Of a DNA stretch of 64,000 nt, positions 57,747 through 64,000 are shown in pieces (positions within the stretch are counted from its first letter, which is position 1; the number at the start of each line of letters is the position of its first letter). The notes under the pieces were generated by a model that was given only the letters and a program-made list of their open reading frames with translations, was not told the DNA's origin and ran no database searches. The stretch is from assembly GCA_015062305.1 (NCBI GenBank), contig SUUX01000001.1:485-64484 (forward strand), in the 5' to 3' direction. The stretch comes from Alphaproteobacteria bacterium (GTDB taxonomy: Bacteria > Pseudomonadota > Alphaproteobacteria > RF32 > CAG-239). The translations under genes were made by a program, and so were the position numbers.

Positions 57747-59101
57747 TTGTTTAGCAGATATTTGCGAAGACCTTTATCGCTAAAATGGCGAATAGTGAGG
57801 AAGTAGCCTATGGTTACCACAATTCCGGCACCGAGCCAAGCGATTGGTCCGGCATAGAAGACACCGATATATCCTATTTGAGCAGATAGCCAGATGGCTG
57901 CAAAAGCTCGCATAATCAGTTCTGTGGTGCTGGCAAACATGGGAATAAGAGCCTTGCCCATGCCTTGAAGGGCGTTTCTGAAAACAAAAATCATTCCTAA
58001 AAAGAAGTAAAATAATGTGCTGATATTCAAATATTCACATGCAATATCTACAACATTGGAATTTTGTTGTTCCATAAATATGGATATCATATGTTTTCCG
58101 ACTAATCTGACCAAAATGGCCAAAGCAATACTGAAAACAAAAGACATGAGAGCGGCACTGCGAACACCTTGGCGAATGCGATGTAATTTGGCAGCTCCCC
58201 AATTTTGGGCAGTGTAGGTGGCAATTGCAAGGCCAATAGCCAAAAGGGGTTGCGTGCAGAGTTGTTCGATACGTATGCCAGCCGAGAAAGCTGCGATGAC
58301 TTCTGTGCCAAAAGAGTTGCATACGCTTTGAATAATCAGCATACTTAAAGCTAATATGGCAAATTGTACAGTCATGGGAATAGCAATATTTAGGTGTTCT
58401 TTCATGAAATTCCAACGTAGTTTCCAGTCTTGTTTGTGGAGTTGCAAAATGGAATATCTTTTTTTGATGTATATTAGGCAGCAGATAACTGAAGAACAAA
58501 TAGCAATGATAGTGCCGGTGGCAGACCCTGCAACCCCCATGTTAAATACACCAATTAGCAGCAAATTTAGCAACACATTGATAATTGTTGCAAAAATAAG
58601 AAAATATAGAGGAGTTCGGCTGTCGCCAACAGCACGAATAAATCCCGATAATAGATTGAAAAATACGGTTAAAACCATGCCTGAAGAAAGAATAAAAAGA
58701 AAAATATATGCCTCATCCATAATCTCAGATGGAACATTCATTATTTTTAGCAGAGGAGTTGTGAAAGTGAGGAGGCAGATTGAGACAATAGAACTAAGGA
58801 CTAGAGATGCAACAATACAATGAGCCATGGAAGAGTGCATACCTTGATAATCTTTGGCTCCAAATCGTTGGGCCGTGATTACGGTTAGTCCATTGGTAAA
58901 TCCAAAGGTTATGAATAAAAATAAAAAATAGATAGGAACAGTGGCTCCTACGGCTGCAATAGCGTTGATACCTATCAAACGACCGACTATAATTAAATCT
59001 GCCAAATTGTATAATTGTTGAAAAATATTACCCAGTAAGAGAGGTAAGGCGAATAGTATTATTAATTTTAGGGGAGACCCCTTGGTCATATCTTGTATCA
59101 T
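57728..59101 (-). CDS. MATE family efflux transporter
   Basis: 12-TM MATE architecture with an N-terminal LPLLLGNIFQQLYNLADLIIVGRL-type motif. Confidence 0.85.
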   Translation of the reverse strand: MIQDMTKGSPLKLIILFALPLLLGNIFQQLYNLADLIIVGRLIGINAIAAVGATVPIYFLFLFITFGFTNGLTVITAQRFGAKDYQGMHSSMAHCIVASLVLSSIVSICLLTFTTPLLKIMNVPSEIMDEAYIFLFILSSGMVLTVFFNLLSGFIRAVGDSRTPLYFLIFATIINVLLNLLLIGVFNMGVAGSATGTIIAICSSVICCLIYIKKRYSILQLHKQDWKLRWNFMKEHLNIAIPMTVQFAILALSMLIIQSVCNSFGTEVIAAFSAGIRIEQLCTQPLLAIGLAIATYTAQNWGAAKLHRIRQGVRSAALMSFVFSIALAILVRLVGKHMISIFMEQQNSNVVDIACEYLNISTLFYFFLGMIFVFRNALQGMGKALIPMFASTTELIMRAFAAIWLSAQIGYIGVFYAGPIAWLGAGIVVTIGYFLTIRHFSDKGLRKYLLNNKKGEA

Positions 59102-59248
59102 TTTGTGTCCTCATATTTGCGTCTGCACTTTAGCTGTGACTTATAACTTTGTAAAGAGGGAGTTTTGAATAAGTGCAAAAATATTGTCGCTTTTTTGGGA
59201 TATGAAGATATAATGTTTTTATTAGATGTTGCAAAGAAAGGTTTTTGT

Positions 59249-59779
59249 ATGAAAAAAATATATTCGTTATTATTGATAATGTTGCTTCTGGGTGGATGTG
59301 TGGCTCCGAATTATCATAGTTATAGTCAAAAATTGCCTCTTGGTGATATGATTAATACTCAAGGAATGACGTTGGAACAGGTTAGAGGCACAGAGATTAT
59401 GATAGACCAAAAACCTATTGATAAAAGATGTATAGAGTTTGAAGATGGTGAATATGTATTGAAGGTTAGTCGTGGTTCTGAGGATAAGATTGTGGCTGTG
59501 GTTGATGAATATGGTACAGAACATAAGGTGTTGCTCAGAAGTCAGATTACTAATGATAAATGGGCGCAAAAAACAGGCTTTAACGGAGAAGATATTTCTG
59601 CCGGATATTTAATGGTGCCAACAAATACAGTAATCAATTTTAAGGAAAATGATTTTTGGAAGTTTATAATATGTTTGCCTTTTTCTTTGGTGGCCGATGT
59701 ATTGAACATGGTAGTATTGGGGCCCTCTACGGCATTGATAAACCCATGGTATGAATATGTGGCTGAAGTTCAGCAATAA
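59249..59779 (+). CDS. hypothetical lipoprotein
   Basis: Signal peptide with lipobox LLGGC. No family recognised. Confidence 0.4.
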   Translation: MKKIYSLLLIMLLLGGCVAPNYHSYSQKLPLGDMINTQGMTLEQVRGTEIMIDQKPIDKRCIEFEDGEYVLKVSRGSEDKIVAVVDEYGTEHKVLLRSQITNDKWAQKTGFNGEDISAGYLMVPTNTVINFKENDFWKFIICLPFSLVADVLNMVVLGPSTALINPWYEYVAEVQQ

Positions 59780-59790
59780 AGGAGTTAGCA

Positions 59791-60765
59791 ATGGCAAAAG
59801 TGTTGATTGTCGGAGGTGCCGGGTATATTGGTTCTCATACTGTGAAGCATTTTTTGCAACATGGTTATGAATGTGTGGTGGTGGATAATTTGGTTTGCGG
59901 CCATAGAGAAGCTGTGCCACAAGAAGCAATTTTTGAATTGGCTGATTTGCAAAATGTGGAATCTTTAAGAAAGGTTTTTGCCAAACATCAATTTGATGCC
60001 GTAGTACACTTTGCAGCATATTCGTTGGTGGGCGAAAGTGTGGGAAAACCTCAGAAATATTACTATAATAATGTGGTTGGAACATTGAATTTGTTGGACG
60101 TGATGATGGAAAATAGAGTTAATAAAATTGTTTTTTCCAGTACTTGTGCCACTTATGGAAATCCTCAATATGTGCCGTTGGATGAAAAACATCAGCAATG
60201 TCCGATTAATCCGTATGGTCAGACAAAGTTGGTGATTGAAAATATTTTTAAGGATTATGCCAATGCCTATGGGCTAAAATATATTGCATTGCGCTATTTT
60301 AATGCTGCCGGAGCATCGTTTGAAGGTGAAATCGGCGAAAGCCATAATCCGGAGAGCCATTTGATTCCTTTAGTGTTAAAGGCAATTAAAGGTGAGCGTG
60401 AAAATATAAAAGTATTTGGCTCGGATTATGATACTCCGGATGGAACATGTTTGCGTGATTATATACATGTGGACGACTTGGCTGCTGCTCATCGCTTGGC
60501 TGTAGAAAAAGTGGGTGAATATAGCGGTTTTGTTAATTTAGGTACAGGTATTCCTACATCTGTTTTGGATATTATCAAGGCTGCAGAAAAAGTAAGTGGC
60601 AAAAAATGTCCGGTGGTTTATGCCGAAAGAAGAGCCGGAGATCCCAGTGTGTTGTATGCGGATAATAAAAAAGCAAAGGATGTTTTGGGTTGGGAACCAA
60701 AATATAAAAATATTGAACAGATTGTGAGTTCTGCATGGAATTGGGAAGTTAATAGGCTTTTTTAG
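59791..60765 (+). CDS. galE: UDP-glucose 4-epimerase
   Basis: VLIVGGAGYIGSHTV Rossmann motif, YxxxK catalytic region, about 324 aa. Confidence 0.9.
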   Translation: MAKVLIVGGAGYIGSHTVKHFLQHGYECVVVDNLVCGHREAVPQEAIFELADLQNVESLRKVFAKHQFDAVVHFAAYSLVGESVGKPQKYYYNNVVGTLNLLDVMMENRVNKIVFSSTCATYGNPQYVPLDEKHQQCPINPYGQTKLVIENIFKDYANAYGLKYIALRYFNAAGASFEGEIGESHNPESHLIPLVLKAIKGERENIKVFGSDYDTPDGTCLRDYIHVDDLAAAHRLAVEKVGEYSGFVNLGTGIPTSVLDIIKAAEKVSGKKCPVVYAERRAGDPSVLYADNKKAKDVLGWEPKYKNIEQIVSSAWNWEVNRLF

Positions 60766-60777
60766 GAGTGAAACGAG

Positions 60778-61035
60778 ATGAAATGGTTTGTTTTAGTGAT
60801 GTTGCTTTTGCCATTGGAAGTTGTAGCATCTGAGTTTTATGTTGATGACTATGGTGTAGAGTGGGAATGTGAAGGTGAATATTGTTATTCTGATGATGAG
60901 AGGATTGAAGACAATAAACTTTTGTATCGCAAAAAGACAAAAAATAAAATTAAATATGGTGGAGATGTTTTGGCTATGCCAAAAACAAAAGAGACTAAGG
61001 CGGCCAAAAGAAAAAGAGATCCTTTGGCTTTTTAG
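60778..61035 (+). CDS. hypothetical small secreted protein
   Basis: Signal peptide followed by an acidic Cys-containing segment and a K-rich tail. Confidence 0.3.
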   Translation: MKWFVLVMLLLPLEVVASEFYVDDYGVEWECEGEYCYSDDERIEDNKLLYRKKTKNKIKYGGDVLAMPKTKETKAAKRKRDPLAF

Positions 61036-61739
61036 GATGATTTGAGCAGTTCTTCTATAAAGGCGGGGAGGGTGGTGCCGGCTGGCCCCATGATGTGTTT
61101 GTCAAAATAAAAGTTGTTAGAGGTTGGTTCTAAATTGAACTCAAATGTTTTTGCTCCGTTATATTTGGCAATTTGTACAAATGAGGCTGCCGGAAAAACA
61201 ACGCCAGAGGTGCCGACAGATAAGAACAAATCACAAGATGATAATAGTTGTTCAACTGTGTCCATACAGAGCAAATTCTCGCCAAAAAATACAATATTAG
61301 GTTTCATCATACCTGTAACATGACAGTTGTGGCATTGAGTTTGAGTATCAACATCGCCAAAAGTTTCTAATATGTGTCCACAATTGAGGCATACGGACTG
61401 ATTAATTTGTCCGTGAATGTGATATATATTTTGATTGCCGGCTTTTTCGTGCAGAGTGTCGACATTTTGGGTGATAACACTAATTTTTGCCGGGTAGTTT
61501 TGCTGCAATTTGGTTATGGCCAAATGTGCCGGATTGGGTTGAGCTTTAATTAATTCTAATTTTAGCTCGTTGTAGAAGTCATGAACATAATCAGGGTTGC
61601 GCTCAAAAGCCTCTATTGTTGCGACATCTTCCACCTTGTGATTGTTCCACAAACCATTTGAGGCACGAAAAGTGGCCAGACCAGATTCTGCAGATATGCC
61701 GGCACCGGTTAAGATTATGATGTTTTTATAAGAATTCAT
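61032..61739 (-). CDS. cobB: NAD-dependent protein deacylase (Sir2 family)
   Basis: GAGISAESGLATFR Rossmann motif, Zn-binding CxxC...CxxC, HG.. catalytic His. Confidence 0.85.
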   Translation of the reverse strand: MNSYKNIIILTGAGISAESGLATFRASNGLWNNHKVEDVATIEAFERNPDYVHDFYNELKLELIKAQPNPAHLAITKLQQNYPAKISVITQNVDTLHEKAGNQNIYHIHGQINQSVCLNCGHILETFGDVDTQTQCHNCHVTGMMKPNIVFFGENLLCMDTVEQLLSSCDLFLSVGTSGVVFPAASFVQIAKYNGAKTFEFNLEPTSNNFYFDKHIMGPAGTTLPAFIEELLKSS

Positions 61740-61824
61740 TTTAACTCCTCTGGGTGTTTATATTAAAATATAGTTTGCTAATTTTTAGTGAAGATTTATA
61801 ATGTATTGAGAAAGGATAAATAAA

Positions 61825-62349
61825 ATGAAATTTTTGTTATTATCTTGCTGTGCTCCTTGTTCTTGTGCTGTGATTAAACGACTAGCAGAAGAAAAGAACA
61901 ATTTTACAGTTGTATTTTATAATCCCAATATTCGTCCCAGAGATGAATATGAGCGCAGATTGGAAGAAAATAAACGTTTGTGTGATATATATGCGGTGCC
62001 GTTTGTCGAGTTAGAATATGATAATGAACGTTGGTGTGAATTGATTGCCGGTTTAGAAACAGAGCCTGAAAGAGGAAAACGTTGTGATGTATGCTTCTAT
62101 ATGCGAATAAAACGCGTGATGGAATATGCAAAAAAGCATGATTTTGATGCTGTGGCATCTGTATTGGGAGTGTCCAGGTATAAGGATTTGGCTCAAGTAA
62201 ATAGAGCAGCAGAAAAAGCAGCTGCAGAAACAGGTATAAAGTATTTACAGATAGAAGGACGAAAAGGGGGGATGCAAGAACTTAGGATCCAATTGATTAA
62301 GGATTTGGCTCTTTATAATCAAGATTATTGCGGTTGCAAGCCCCGTTAA
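61825..62349 (+). CDS. queH: epoxyqueuosine reductase QueH (DUF208)
   Basis: LLLSCCAPCS motif and conserved Cys pattern (CDVC, CGC). Confidence 0.75.
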   Translation: MKFLLLSCCAPCSCAVIKRLAEEKNNFTVVFYNPNIRPRDEYERRLEENKRLCDIYAVPFVELEYDNERWCELIAGLETEPERGKRCDVCFYMRIKRVMEYAKKHDFDAVASVLGVSRYKDLAQVNRAAEKAAAETGIKYLQIEGRKGGMQELRIQLIKDLALYNQDYCGCKPR

Positions 62350-63038
62350 TTAGTTTTTTTGGGGAATAGATTTATAAATTTCAGGCAGAGATTTTGAAGG
62401 CGAAGCGAAAGGCTTCCGGCGGCTCTGAATCTGATTGCAATACGTTCGATGCCGTTTTCTACACATATACCTATGCGGTGATGCCCATCATCAACACAGT
62501 CTTTGATACCACAACGGCGACAAAGCATAATTGCTATCGGGTATTTGTCATCAAAGCCGTTTTGTTTAATGGAGTTGCTAAGTTTTTGATATCTATTGAC
62601 TCGTTCTTCAGGAGAAATTTTCCAACGTTTTGATATTGCATAGGCATTTTGGGCGTTGCGAAATCCTCTTTCTATGTGCATAGAACGCAAAGAATTAAGG
62701 CTTATGTGATATATATTTGGGCTTTGGAATTTGTAATGTTGACGCAATCCTTTGAAAAATATGGCAGGCAAATTCCAGCGTGAGATATTGGATATAAATG
62801 CAAAGCGAACGCCAATATGTGTTTGTTTGTTTTGGATGGCATTTTGGACTTTTTCTCTGCCACTTATGAGTGTATCGGCAATTCCTTGTTTGTCGTTACC
62901 AAGAAGCACCACAACTTCTGATGTTAGGTGTGGAGGCAAAGCAATTGGAGTGATGTTGTCTTCAAGACCCATGACGTCTTGAGCTTCAATAAAATAAAGT
63001 TCTGAAGAGTAACCGATGGTTGTTGACATTAAATACAC
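62346..63038 (-). CDS. hypothetical protein with C-terminal ParB/Srx-like motif
   Basis: PIAIML....VDDGHHRIGICVENGIERIAIRF resembles the ParB N-domain/sulfiredoxin fold motif. N-terminus unassigned. Confidence 0.3.
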   Translation of the reverse strand: MYLMSTTIGYSSELYFIEAQDVMGLEDNITPIALPPHLTSEVVVLLGNDKQGIADTLISGREKVQNAIQNKQTHIGVRFAFISNISRWNLPAIFFKGLRQHYKFQSPNIYHISLNSLRSMHIERGFRNAQNAYAISKRWKISPEERVNRYQKLSNSIKQNGFDDKYPIAIMLCRRCGIKDCVDDGHHRIGICVENGIERIAIRFRAAGSLSLRLQNLCLKFINLFPKKTN

Positions 63039-63112
63039 CTATTCGTAGAATTGTGATTGCAGAGACAATATATTTAAAACAAAACAAAATTGCAAATGAT
63101 TTTGAGGTGTGA

Positions 63113-64000
63113 ATGCTAAATTTTTTGAAAAAATGGATGGAACCAAAGCCTTTTAATAGTGGTTTTTTACCTGTTAAGGATGGACATAGTGTTTACTTTG
63201 CTGAATATGGAAATCCGTTAGGTGAGCCGATTTTAGTTTTTCACGGCGGACCCGGAGGGGGAAGTCGTCCGGGACACGCAACATTTGCTAATTTAAGAAA
63301 ATATAGAGTTATAATGTTTGACCAAAGAGGATGTTGCAGATCTGAGCCTTTGGGAAAATTGGAATTTAATGATACTGAATGTTTGTTGGACGATGCTGAG
63401 CGATTGTTAAAATTTTTGAATGTAAACAAAAGGGTAATATTGAGAGGGGCTTCTTGGGGAGCGACATTGGCTTTGGAGTTTGCACAAAGGAATCCGAAAA
63501 AAGTCAAAAAAATGTTGCTTTCTCAAGTATTTTTAGCTGATGAAAAGGATGAATATTGGGAGTTTGAAGGTAAAAAATGGCATTATCCTGAATTTGTGGA
63601 GGAGTTATTTGAAAAATCTGGGGGTGAAGTAGTTGATTTTTTTGCAAAAGAGATAAGCTCTAACTCTGCTAGAGAGCAACTGGATGCTGCCAATTATTAT
63701 GGTTGGTATGAACGTGTGGGATGTAGTTTGACTCCTATGTGGAATAATAGTCAAATGCTTGATGACAAAACATTGGCTGAATTGCGAATATTTATGCATT
63801 ATAGAAAAAATAAATTTTTTATAGAAAAAAGCAAGCGTATTATGTCTAATATAGACAAAATAAAGAATATAGAAACGGTTATTGTGCATAATAGATTGGA
63901 TTTTGTTTGTCCGCTAATAGGTGCTTATGAATTGAATAAAGCGCTAAACAAATCAAGGCTAGTGATAGTTCCGGAGTTTGGACATGTTGGAAAATTGTTG
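63113..64000 (+). CDS. pip: proline iminopeptidase (S33), partial: 3' end beyond window
   Basis: ATG 63113 with an open frame to the window end. Motifs HGGPGGG and GASWGATLA (GxSxG nucleophile elbow). Not in the ORF track because there is no stop in the window. Confidence 0.8.
   Translation, partial: MLNFLKKWMEPKPFNSGFLPVKDGHSVYFAEYGNPLGEPILVFHGGPGGGSRPGHATFANLRKYRVIMFDQRGCCRSEPLGKLEFNDTECLLDDAERLLKFLNVNKRVILRGASWGATLALEFAQRNPKKVKKMLLSQVFLADEKDEYWEFEGKKWHYPEFVEELFEKSGGEVVDFFAKEISSNSAREQLDAANYYGWYERVGCSLTPMWNNSQMLDDKTLAELRIFMHYRKNKFFIEKSKRIMSNIDKIKNIETVIVHNRLDFVCPLIGAYELNKALNKSRLVIVPEFGHVGKLL

Noticed and set aside
1-64000. Search for IS transposases, rRNA operons and CRISPR-cas
   Set aside because: No DDE or serine transposase, 16S/23S/5S signature or regular repeat-spacer array was recognised in any frame. 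The only mobility gene is the tyrosine integrase at 45376..46635.

Overview
This 64 kb window is an AT-rich (about one-third GC by eye) bacterial chromosomal segment. Gene content and order suggest an alphaproteobacterium, plausibly host-associated: gatCAB, recA, fabI, recJ, mgtE-lspA, pgi-mutL, the lpxK-waaA lipid A/KDO operon, lon-hupB-tRNA-Val, plus a large leucine-rich-repeat (LRR) effector-like protein. Most genes are housekeeping. They are interrupted by several accessory patches.

1) A cassette directly downstream of tRNA-Ser encodes a catalytically degenerate SNF2-like protein, an IbrA-like PP-loop/PAPS-reductase+DUF3440 protein and an IbrB-like ParB nuclease. I predict it is a DNA-modification or defence system.

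2) A roughly 5.9 kb integrative island at tRNA-Val is bounded by 56 bp direct att repeats. It carries a P4-type integrase, an AlpA excisionase-like gene and an HUH Rep-like gene. Its int-proximal cargo is an unusual pentapeptide-repeat/transmembrane protein and a zf-CGNR-like protein.

3) Immediately downstream of the island attR lie tandem decayed att copies, each followed by a terminator hairpin.

4) A [FeFe]-hydrogenase maturase HydG sits next to a TM1266-type regulator, with no other hyd genes in view.

5) A DUF559 (Vsr-like) endonuclease gene lies in a mini-element with GC-rich hairpins and direct repeats.

6) Smaller accessory items include a Panacea/SocA-like orphan, a FliN/SpoA-like gene heading the lipid A operon, and a translationally coupled small ORF pair.

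No rRNA, CRISPR array or IS transposase was seen. Coordinates of RNA genes and repeats were hand-indexed and may be off by a few bases.
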